A DNA stretch of 64,000 bases, taken from positions 5,792,001-5,856,000 of the forward strand of contig OZ245365.1 of the NCBI GenBank assembly GCA_965226495.1, in the 5' to 3' direction. Position 1 is the stretch's first letter; every line of letters begins with the position of its first letter. The stretch is from Candidatus Marinacidobacterales bacterium (GTDB lineage: Bacteria > Acidobacteriota > Vicinamibacteria > Marinacidobacterales > DATDRI01). A program made the position numbers and the translations under genes. Below the pieces are notes generated by a model. It was given only the letters and a program-made list of their open reading frames with translations. It did not search any database and had not been told where the DNA came from. This document shows, one piece after another, positions 50,324-58,904 of this stretch.

Positions 50324-52093
50324 CTAGAGATCCTTACGCTTGGACGCTTCCGTCTCCGGCTCGTCGAGCCAGATCTTGTTCATCTTGATATAGGTGTAGC
50401 CCATGGGTGATAGAGAGAAGCCCCGCACGTTGGGTCGAACCAGAAAGCGAGACCGGCCGTAATCGAGAGGGATGATCGGCGAGTCATGAAGGATCATCTT
50501 CTCGATACGACGGTAGAGATTGTTCCGTTCCTTATAGCTGGTCTCTGACCAAGCGAGGTCGAGCAGACTGTCCACCTCGGGGTTGTTGTAGCCGGAGCGG
50601 TTAACGGGCGACGCGGAATGGAACAAGACGCGAAGGAAGTTGTCCGGGTCCGGGAAGTCGGCGATCCAGCCGTTTTGCAGTAGAAACGGACTCTCCTCGA
50701 AGACCGGATCGCTCAACGGGACCAAGTTTCTGACCTTGTAGGGTTGGACCTCGATTCCGATCTTCGCCATGCAGCTCGTGATGCATTCTCTGCGGGCCGC
50801 CGAGTGCGGGTCGTCCCGTCCAAAGACGATCGTCTTGATGGGGGGAAGGTTTCTTCCCTCTGGGAAACCGGCCTTCGCCAGGAGCTGCTTCGCCTTATCA
50901 GCGTCGTGTCCCCAGGATGCACCCATCGGGAAGAATCCTGGGATCCCTGGTGGCACGATACCCGTCGCGGCTGGAGTTCCCGCGGTAAAACGGCTGGAAT
51001 CCAGGAGCGCTCGTTTGTTGAGTGCGTAATTGATGGCGCGCCGCACGCGCGGATCGTCATAGGGTGCCACTTGTGTCGGAAAATAGTAGTAGTTGAGCTC
51101 CAGCAGTTTGTCGGTCTCTACCCGGACCCAGTCGTAGTAGCGGTCGATCGGCGCTTCGATGCAATCGACCAGCTCGTTGAGGGGTTTTTCTTCCTGTGCG
51201 TTCGGTACGTTGACGATCGCGCGGAAGACGACGGCATTTAGATGAGGACGCCCTCCAAGATAGTGAGCATTCGCGTCCAGTCGAACGCCTTGCGGAACTC
51301 CCTTGAGGAACGGTATGGCCGGATCCTCTTCTCGACTCGTCCAGCGCGAGAATCGGAAAGGCCCCGCGCCGATCGGCTCCTTGAAGAAGTTCTCGCCCCT
51401 CTTGAGGACCTCTTTCTTCGGTAAGATCTTCGAGCTGTACATGCTGAAAACGGAGAGGGCGGGGACGAACGGCGTCGTGAAACGGATCTGAAACGTTCGC
51501 TCGTCGATGGCGCGAAGCCCGGCGACGGTTTTCGCTCTGCCTTCTCGAAAATCCTGTGCTCCAACGATGCGCGTGAAGTAATGATAGTTCGTCTCGTTCA
51601 AGCCTGGCGTGAGGAGTCTTTCGAAGGAGAAGACACAATCCTCGGCAGTGACCGGCTCACCGTTATGAAAGCGGGCTTCGGGGTGGAGCTCGAAGGTATA
51701 GGTCTTGCCGTCCGGTGAGATATCCCAATAACGAGCGAGCGCGGGCACGATGTTCAGATGCTGGTCGAACGCGGTGAGGCCCTCGTAGATTTGTTGGATC
51801 AGCATGATCTCGCTGCCACTCGTCGCCCTTGCTGGGTCGAGGGTCTGAACTGGTCGGAAGATAGGGAAACGGAAGACCCCGCCTTGAATGGTCTCCGGCT
51901 CATTGGCGACAGCGGTAGTCGCCGTGTATTTGTGTTTCGCGGCCAGAAAGAAAAATGCCGCGGTAACCAAGCAGAGGACCAAGAGCCCCCCCGGGATCAA
52001 CCAGGAGCGGGATCCCGTCCTGGCGAACCGCTTAGCCGTTTCCCCATCGGTATCGCTGGTAGATGGTGTGACTGGGTCGTTTTCTAGTTCCAT
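50324..52093 (-). CDS. Family 5 (peptide/nickel-type) solute-binding protein with N-terminal membrane anchor
   Basis: TLDPA, IYEGL, PALA..W, FHNGEPVTAED, PIGAGPF, VRRAINYA, WIADFPDPDNFL, YNNPEVD. Confidence 0.92.
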   Translation of the reverse strand: MELENDPVTPSTSDTDGETAKRFARTGSRSWLIPGGLLVLCLVTAAFFFLAAKHKYTATTAVANEPETIQGGVFRFPIFRPVQTLDPARATSGSEIMLIQQIYEGLTAFDQHLNIVPALARYWDISPDGKTYTFELHPEARFHNGEPVTAEDCVFSFERLLTPGLNETNYHYFTRIVGAQDFREGRAKTVAGLRAIDERTFQIRFTTPFVPALSVFSMYSSKILPKKEVLKRGENFFKEPIGAGPFRFSRWTSREEDPAIPFLKGVPQGVRLDANAHYLGGRPHLNAVVFRAIVNVPNAQEEKPLNELVDCIEAPIDRYYDWVRVETDKLLELNYYYFPTQVAPYDDPRVRRAINYALNKRALLDSSRFTAGTPAATGIVPPGIPGFFPMGASWGHDADKAKQLLAKAGFPEGRNLPPIKTIVFGRDDPHSAARRECITSCMAKIGIEVQPYKVRNLVPLSDPVFEESPFLLQNGWIADFPDPDNFLRVLFHSASPVNRSGYNNPEVDSLLDLAWSETSYKERNNLYRRIEKMILHDSPIIPLDYGRSRFLVRPNVRGFSLSPMGYTYIKMNKIWLDEPETEASKRKDL

Positions 52094-52299
52094 AGGGGCT
52101 TGCTTTCGTAAACTCTCAGGTATGACGCGATCGGCGGTTTACCCACGCCAATCTAAACAAGGAGCAGCTCCCCCCTGTGCGCCCAGATTAGATGATCGGG
52201 GTCCACTTCGCAAATGATGATGCTACGGGCCTTTCGCGGTGTGTAGCCGTCGAGGGGCGAGCAGGATACAATGCGTTGAGTCCTTCGGAAGGAGGGAAG

Positions 52300-54150
52300 A
52301 TGCGCCTACAAAACGTAGAAAAGACAACGCTTGCGCTGATGGCTACGGGTATGCTGTTCTCGGCCGCCGCTAGCTCTGAGCAGACCGCAAAACCTGTGCT
52401 TCACGGGGAGCACTGGATGGCGATCACCGGCAAGCCTCTGGCCGCCACGGCGGGAGCGATGACCTTCCAAAGGGGTGGCAATGCCGTCGATGCCGCCACG
52501 GCCATGTTGGCTGCCACTTGTACGATGTTTGATTCTCTAAGCTGGGGTGGGGAAACGCAGGCTCTTATCTACGACCCGAACACCAAGAAGGTGTATGGGA
52601 TCAATGCCTTGGGTGTGGCTCCCACTGGCGCCACGATCGATTACTTTCGGGGAAAGGATATGCCTTACCCTCCCGAGTACGGTCCTCTTGCCGCAGTCAC
52701 TCCAGGAACCCCGGGTGGCCTGCTGGTCATGTTGGCCGAGTACGGCCGCTTGAGTCTCAAGGACGTGCTGGAGCCCGCCATCCAGCTGGCCGACGGCTAT
52801 CCCATCGAGGAAGCGCGGTCGGCGAACATCGAGGAGGAGAAAGAGAGGATCAAGCAGTGGCCGTACTCGCGCCAGGTTCTCTTGCCGCACCTGGGTGAAG
52901 AGTATGAAGCCCCTCGTCCAGGGGAGATATTTCGCCAAGCCGATCTCGCAGCAACGCTTCGGAAACTCGTGGAGGCAGAGCAACAAGCACTGGCTGCGGG
53001 AAAGAACCGCAAGGAGGCCATATACGCCGCCTACGATCGATTCTACAAGGGCGACATCGCTCAAGAGTTCGTCCGGAGCTCGCAAGAACAGGGCGGGCTC
53101 CACACCCTGAAAGACTTGGCCAGCTGGAAGGTTTATCTCGAAGAACCCGTGAAAACGTCCTACAAAGGGATCGATGTCTACAAGCTGACGACGTGGGTTC
53201 AGGGACCCGTACTGTTGCAGGCACTCAACCTTCTCGAGAACATCGACGTGAAGTCGATGGGTTACAACTCCAGCCGATACATCCATACCCTTTACCAAGT
53301 CATGAACTTGGCTTTCGCCGATCGCGACTTCTATTACGGCGACCCCTACTTCCCACCCGAGGAGCCGGTGGAGGGGCTTCTGTCCAAGGAGTATGCCAAA
53401 GCGAGATTGAAGCAGATCGATTGGGAGCGAAACGATCCGAAGGTGAAACCCGGAGACCCGTATCCTTTTCAAGCACAACGAAACCCTTTCCTTCATTACT
53501 TGGATACTTGGGGAACCGAGCAGCCGGTCACGGCCGCCGCCGCGCGCTCCTTCGAAGAGGGTTTCTATGCCGGCACGACCTCCATCCAAGCCGCCGATGA
53601 GGAAGGATGGGTGGTGTCGGTGACGCCCAGCGGGGGATGGATCCCGGCCGCCATCGCAGGTAAGACCGGCATCGGAATGAGCCAGAGGATGCAGAGTTTC
53701 GTCCTCGACGCGGCGAAGAATCCATTCAATGTGCTCGAGCCCGGGAAAAGGCCACGTGCTACCCTGACGCCGAGCCTGGCGCTCAAGGAAGGAAAGCCGT
53801 TTCTCTCATTCGCGGTGCAGGGGGGCGATACGCAAGATCAGAATCTGTTGCAGTTCTTTCTGAACATGGTGGAGTTCGGAATGAACGTGCAGGAGGCGGC
53901 CGAAGCTCCGAACATCACAAGCTTTCAGATGCAGAGCTCTTTTGGGGCACACGAATCTGAGCCTGGAAGGCTGACGTTGAATGACTCCGTATCCCCCTGG
54001 GTGCGCGACGAGCTCGAGAAGATGGGCTACGACCTGGATTTTGAGCCGCGGACGTCGGGTCCCATCAATGCTATTTTCTTCGATTGGAAGCACGGAACCA
54101 TGTGGGGCGGGTCGAGCCACCACGGGGAGGACTACGGGATAGCCTGGTAG
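52300..54150 (+). CDS. ggt: Gamma-glutamyltransferase family protein (exported)
   Basis: GGNAVDAA, TPG, FYKGDIA, AFADRD, nucleophile GTTS, PGKRP, GGDTQ. Confidence 0.92.
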   Translation: MRLQNVEKTTLALMATGMLFSAAASSEQTAKPVLHGEHWMAITGKPLAATAGAMTFQRGGNAVDAATAMLAATCTMFDSLSWGGETQALIYDPNTKKVYGINALGVAPTGATIDYFRGKDMPYPPEYGPLAAVTPGTPGGLLVMLAEYGRLSLKDVLEPAIQLADGYPIEEARSANIEEEKERIKQWPYSRQVLLPHLGEEYEAPRPGEIFRQADLAATLRKLVEAEQQALAAGKNRKEAIYAAYDRFYKGDIAQEFVRSSQEQGGLHTLKDLASWKVYLEEPVKTSYKGIDVYKLTTWVQGPVLLQALNLLENIDVKSMGYNSSRYIHTLYQVMNLAFADRDFYYGDPYFPPEEPVEGLLSKEYAKARLKQIDWERNDPKVKPGDPYPFQAQRNPFLHYLDTWGTEQPVTAAAARSFEEGFYAGTTSIQAADEEGWVVSVTPSGGWIPAAIAGKTGIGMSQRMQSFVLDAAKNPFNVLEPGKRPRATLTPSLALKEGKPFLSFAVQGGDTQDQNLLQFFLNMVEFGMNVQEAAEAPNITSFQMQSSFGAHESEPGRLTLNDSVSPWVRDELEKMGYDLDFEPRTSGPINAIFFDWKHGTMWGGSSHHGEDYGIAW

Positions 54151-54155
54151 CTATG

Positions 54156-54220
54156 AAGTCGGGGACTGGCACCCTTTTCGTGTTGGAGCATAGCGGAAGA
54201 AGCCTGCCTGTCCCCGATTT
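54156..54220. repeat. REP-like imperfect palindrome (CGGGGACAGG family)
   Basis: AAGTCGGGGACTGGCA...TGCCTGTCCCCGATTT between convergent genes. Confidence 0.7.
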
Positions 54221-54221
54221 G

Positions 54222-55910
54222 CTACGGAGTTTCACCCGACAAGATGAACATCCGGCCGGTGCGAGCGCCTCCGATGGCGCTCCAGGCGGATGTCACCAGG
54301 AAATCGATCGATCCATCACCATCCACGTCGCCCATGCCGGTAGCGTCGAAGCCCAAGGTATCTCCCTGGACCCTGCTGGTGTAGGCTCGCATGAGTGAGC
54401 CGTCCTTGCCGGAGCGAAGATAGACCTTTCCGCCGGCCGGAGCAGCCCCGCTGTATTGCCACGCACCGACGATGAGGTCGTCGTGCCCGTCCTCATCGAC
54501 ATCGCCCGCATCGGCGGGGCCGATGCCGAACCCGTCCCCCGCCCCTTCGCCGGTAAGTGTCAACAGGCGCTCGCCGTTGGCGCCGGAGTGAACATAGATG
54601 CGCCCGGTTTGAGCCCCGAGCGCATTATCCGACCAGTCCGAGGCATAGACGTCTGCCACACCGTCTGCGTTCACATCGCCCACGACGGAAACGAACATGC
54701 CTCCGAGTTGCGACCCCGTCTCCTCGGCGTCGATTACGAAATCGATTTCACCGGAAGCGCCGGAGTAGACATATACGCGCCCCTTGTTCTCGGGGCCGGC
54801 GTTTGGTGCGCCTACGACGATGAGCTCGTGTTCACCGTCGAAGAGTCCGGCGGCAGAGCTGCCAAAGCCATCTCCCTCTTCTTCACCCGTCAGGGTCAGT
54901 AGAAGCGCACCGTCCTTCCCAGAAAAAACGTATGCTCGGCCTGCATCTTCCGCTTCCACGTCGCTGCCCGGCGCACCTACGATGACATCATCGTGGCCGT
55001 CTCCGTTTAGGTCTCCCAGGTCGGAGACCTTGCGGCCAAACATATCGCCCTTCACTTCGGCGGTGAGCGTGAGCAGCAGGCTGCCATCCCTTCCCGAAAA
55101 GACGTAAGTCTCGGCCGCTCCGGGTGCGCCGGCGATGACGTCCGGAATACCGTCGGCATTGGTGTCTCCAGCCGCTTCGATGCCCAAGCCAAGTTGGTTG
55201 CCGGGTTTGCCCGACTGAGTCCAAATGAGCTCTCCGGTGCGACCGGAGTAGACGTATATGCGTCCCGATCTTGGTCCGTCCATCTCCAAGTTGGGGGCCG
55301 ACGTGGTGAGGTCGTTCACGCCGTCGCCGTCGACATCACCGATGTTTCGAGCGATCCATCCGAAGGTGCCGCCCTTGGCCTCGCCGATCCACTCATTGAG
55401 AATGCGGGTGTCCTCAACGAAGGGGTCGCGGAAATCTGCCGGCTTCGGGAGCAGTTCTTGGAAACGGGAGTCTTCTCGAAGGCTCTTGAAGTTGGGGTCG
55501 ATCTCGATCTTTGTCATGTCGACCCGACCCGTCTCCTGTGCCTTCGTCAGCCACTCGAAGGCCTTGTCCTTGTCACCATTCAGAGCGTAGGCGCACGCTG
55601 CGTTGTACATGGCATCCGGTGCGGTGTCGGGAAACTCGGTTGCCTTGAGGTAAGCGGGCAAGGCGCGGTCGAGGAATCCCATAGAGTGAAGGGCCATTCC
55701 TAGGAGTGACCAAGCCCTGGCGTTGTCCGGTTGGTTCTTCGTCACTTCGTTGAGGATGACGACAGCGCCCGTGAAGTCTCGCGCCTGCACGAGCTCGATG
55801 GCCTTTTCGACCTGGTCGTCCGAAGCGCTCTCGGACTCGGGCGCCGGTGAAGAACATCCGAGCCAGCCTATTCCGACGGCGAGAAGAAGAGAGTAAACCT
55901 TCCTCGTCAT
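54222..55910 (-). CDS. Lipoprotein with TPRs and FG-GAP (integrin-like) propeller
   Basis: LGC lipobox; YNAACAYAL TPR; repeated GDVDGDG..D...GAP...GR.YVYSG. Confidence 0.88.
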   Translation of the reverse strand: MTRKVYSLLLAVGIGWLGCSSPAPESESASDDQVEKAIELVQARDFTGAVVILNEVTKNQPDNARAWSLLGMALHSMGFLDRALPAYLKATEFPDTAPDAMYNAACAYALNGDKDKAFEWLTKAQETGRVDMTKIEIDPNFKSLREDSRFQELLPKPADFRDPFVEDTRILNEWIGEAKGGTFGWIARNIGDVDGDGVNDLTTSAPNLEMDGPRSGRIYVYSGRTGELIWTQSGKPGNQLGLGIEAAGDTNADGIPDVIAGAPGAAETYVFSGRDGSLLLTLTAEVKGDMFGRKVSDLGDLNGDGHDDVIVGAPGSDVEAEDAGRAYVFSGKDGALLLTLTGEEEGDGFGSSAAGLFDGEHELIVVGAPNAGPENKGRVYVYSGASGEIDFVIDAEETGSQLGGMFVSVVGDVNADGVADVYASDWSDNALGAQTGRIYVHSGANGERLLTLTGEGAGDGFGIGPADAGDVDEDGHDDLIVGAWQYSGAAPAGGKVYLRSGKDGSLMRAYTSRVQGDTLGFDATGMGDVDGDGSIDFLVTSAWSAIGGARTGRMFILSGETP

Positions 55911-56313
55911 TCCGTTCTCCTTGTTGATTGTCAGTCTACCGAAACCACGCCGCATTCGAGTCGAGAAGTTGCATACGATCGATGTTAGAGGGCGGCTAGG
56001 ACGAAGTCAAAGAGGTAGCAGACAAGCAATGGCGACCTCGTCTACCCGTACCGGGCGTGCTACTCTCTTTCTCGAAGTAAACCTACGTGAACGTTGATTG
56101 CGGAGGCAGGTTGATATGGGCAGCCGGTCCGACGACCGAGATAGCGGTCGGCGACAAGGTGTCGATCTCGCGGGGCGTGGAGATGCGCGATTTTTCGAGC
56201 CCTTCTCTCGGGCGAACCTTCGAGAGCATATACTTTGTCACGGGCATTCAGATGTGAGAACAGTCACGGTAAAATAGCACTGCCGACAAAAGGTCTTAAC
56301 GGCTTGATTGACC

Positions 56314-57222
56314 CTAGACCTTGATCGTTCCCTCCGCGACTTCTACGGCTGTGCCACCCACCCGCACCTCGGTCGGGTTGTTTTCGGTTCCATCGACCTC
56401 GACGTAGATCGTACTCGGGCGTCCCATCTCGTACCCCTGCTCCACGATCAAGTGGGCAGTGGGACTGGCGTTCAGTACACCGTGCCGAACCAAGTAGGCA
56501 CCCAGAGCCCCCGCCGCACTTCCCGTCGCGGGGTCCTCGGGCACACCGAGCTCGGGGGCGAACATACGAGCATGGACAGTGGAGTTCGGTTGCACGGTTT
56601 GCCGGGTGAAGATCATGAAGCAGTCGGTCTCCATGGTCTTGAAGATCTTTCGCATGGCGACGAGGTCGAGCTCGATGGCTTCGAGGTCTTTGAGCCCTTG
56701 CGCAGGAACCATGAGTTGAGGAACGGCGGTCGACACGACCTCGGCGGGAAGTCCGTCGGGGAGTAGTCGATCCTCTTCGAGACCGACCGCCGCGGCCAGG
56801 AGCTGGCGGCTGGTCGTGCTCCGGAAGAACTGAGGGGTCGCCTGCGTCATATAGACGCGAGCGACCTTGCCTTCCCGGACGTGGATATCGACGGGGAGGA
56901 CACCGGCTCCACACTCTTGAAAAATACGGTTGGTGCCTTCTTCGAGAGGGAATCGGCCCTTCTGGGCCAGAACGAAGCAGGTCCCCACCACGGGATGCCC
57001 GGCCAGTGGGAGCTCTTTCGCGGGCGTGAAAATTCGAAGGCGGAAGGTGGCCGAGGGATCCTCGGAGGGTAAAACGAAAGTCGTCTCGGAGAGGTTCATC
57101 TCGTTGGCGATAGCTTGCATTTGCTCCGTTGAGAGCCCCGAGCCGTCGGGGATGATGGCGAGCGGATTCCCGGCAAAAGCGCGATCGGTGAAGACATCAG
57201 CCTGGATGAAGGGGACTTCCAT
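56314..57222 (-). CDS. PhzF family isomerase
   Basis: DVFT...GNP, EMNLSETTF, RIFTP..ELPLAGHP, EDPATGSA, EQGYEMGRPS. Confidence 0.93.
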   Translation of the reverse strand: MEVPFIQADVFTDRAFAGNPLAIIPDGSGLSTEQMQAIANEMNLSETTFVLPSEDPSATFRLRIFTPAKELPLAGHPVVGTCFVLAQKGRFPLEEGTNRIFQECGAGVLPVDIHVREGKVARVYMTQATPQFFRSTTSRQLLAAAVGLEEDRLLPDGLPAEVVSTAVPQLMVPAQGLKDLEAIELDLVAMRKIFKTMETDCFMIFTRQTVQPNSTVHARMFAPELGVPEDPATGSAAGALGAYLVRHGVLNASPTAHLIVEQGYEMGRPSTIYVEVDGTENNPTEVRVGGTAVEVAEGTIKV

Positions 57223-57247
57223 GCGAGCTATCATACACTGAGCGAAC

Positions 57248-58282
57248 ATGACTCCTGAAGTCAGCATCCTCCTTCTTTGTTTCAATGCTGCCACCTACCT
57301 TTCGGAGTGCTTTGCGAGCCTCTTCTGCCAGAGTCTCGATCGATTCGAGATCATCGTGGTCGATGATGGCTCCGAGGACGACACGCAGCGTCTTCTTTCT
57401 CAGGTTGCAGAATCCGACGAAAGAGTTCGAGTCTTCACGCAAGGTCATTGCGGTATTGCAACGGCGCTCCTCACCGCAAGCCGAAAGGCGCGAGCTCCGC
57501 TACTGGCCCGAATGGATGCCGACGACATTTGCCAACCCGAGCGGCTTGCCGTGCAGACGCAGTTTCTTCGAGCTCATCCCGACGTCGGGGTCGTCGCATC
57601 GCGCGTCCGCATGTTCCCCCGCGACGGGTTGTCCGATGGGCTCTTGCGGTACGAACGTTGGGTGAACGGGCTTCTAGCGCACGACCAAATTCTGCGGGAT
57701 CTTTTCGTGGAGAGCCCTCTACCTCATCCCTCGGTGATGATGCGACGGGAATGCCTTGAACGCGCGGGTGGTTATAGGGAATCCGGTTGGCCCGAGGACT
57801 ACGACCTGTGGATGCGGATGGCGAGAGCGAAGGTGCGGTTCGGGAAAACTCCCGAGGAGCTGCTTTTATGGAGAGATTGGAGCGAGAGAGCGAGCCGCAC
57901 CGACCCACGCTTCAGTGAGGAAAGCTTCCTGTCATTGAAAGAACACTATCTCGTGGAAAAGTTTCTCGCCGATCGCGCTCCCGTCGCGATCTGGGGCGCG
58001 GGCCCGGTCGGTAAAGGCTGGGCGCGCAGGTTAGCGGCCAGGGGAGTCGAAGTCAGTCATTTCGTCGAGGTGGACCCGCGCAAGATCGGTAAACGCATTC
58101 ACGATGCGAAGGTCGTCGCTGCGACCGAGCTCGACACGCTTCGAGGAACGTTCCTTCTCGTCGCGGTCGGCGCATTGAGTCGTCAGGCGGGGGCGGCGTT
58201 TGTCTCGGCGCGTGAGGAGATTCGCGCCCAGCTCGGTGAGGCCAGCTTCGTGGACGGTCGCGATTACGTTTGCGTGGCTTAG
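57248..58282 (+). CDS. Glycosyltransferase family 2 with C-terminal Rossmann-like domain (QTGAL/B3GNTL1-like)
   Basis: VDDGS, MDADD, PEDY; C-terminal IWGAGPVGK...EVDPRKIG...DGRDY. Confidence 0.9.
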   Translation: MTPEVSILLLCFNAATYLSECFASLFCQSLDRFEIIVVDDGSEDDTQRLLSQVAESDERVRVFTQGHCGIATALLTASRKARAPLLARMDADDICQPERLAVQTQFLRAHPDVGVVASRVRMFPRDGLSDGLLRYERWVNGLLAHDQILRDLFVESPLPHPSVMMRRECLERAGGYRESGWPEDYDLWMRMARAKVRFGKTPEELLLWRDWSERASRTDPRFSEESFLSLKEHYLVEKFLADRAPVAIWGAGPVGKGWARRLAARGVEVSHFVEVDPRKIGKRIHDAKVVAATELDTLRGTFLLVAVGALSRQAGAAFVSAREEIRAQLGEASFVDGRDYVCVA

Positions 58283-58332
58283 GGCACGAGCTCGCCGTCG
58301 GAAAAGTCTTCCATCTTGCAATCCGGATCGGA

Positions 58333-58863
58333 TCACTCGAGTTCGACGCCCAGTCCCTGCGCCAGCCGATTCACGTACGCGTAGTAGCAGGTGACCTGGC
58401 ACGCGTCCAAGATGTCGGCGTCTTGCAGGCCCGCTTTTCGCATGGGCTCCAAGTCCTCTTGCTTGACGTTCCAGGGCTCTCGCGTCAGCTTGAGGGCGTA
58501 ATCGACGAGTGCCCTTTGTCGAGGCTCGAGGGGCGCGCTCCGAGGATCTTGCTTCAGGGCGCTTACCAGCTCTTGATCACCACTCAATCGGAGGAGACCC
58601 CTCGCGTGGTGCTCGATTCAATAGTGACATTCGTTTTCTTTAGACGCTGCAACGGCGATCATCTCCCGCTCGATGCGCGTGAGGCCGGAGGGTCCTCGCA
58701 TGAGATGAGCGTACAGCTTCAAATGCCCTTCGAGAGACGGAGGGTTTAGGCTGTGGATCTTGAGAATGTTGTCGACCCGTCCCGAGGGTTCACGGTAGCG
58801 CCCATACATCTCCGCGAGCTCTCCGTCGGCTTCGTCCTCTCGAATCATCCGAATCCATGCCAC
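58333..58863 (-). CDS. AhpD/CMD-like peroxidase-related selenoprotein (176 aa, Sec at codon 82)
   Basis: ORFs 58618-58863 and 58333-58587 are in frame and separated by one TGA that completes N-E-C-H-Y-U-I-E-H-H; SECIS directly downstream; C-terminal YVNRLAQGLGV. Confidence 0.9.
58578..58611 (-). promoter_or_regulatory. Bacterial SECIS element
   Basis: CACCAC...GAGG-GGUCU-CCUC...GUGGUG; the loop begins 18 nt after the UGA. Confidence 0.8.
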
Positions 58864-58904
58864 CCGCGCACCTCCTCCGGTAATTGGAGCCCTATTAGAT
58901 AATA

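Noticed and set aside
56083-56247. 54-aa minus-strand ORF or ncRNA in the long intergenic gap
   Set aside because: No clear RBS, no recognisable motif and no convincing structure.
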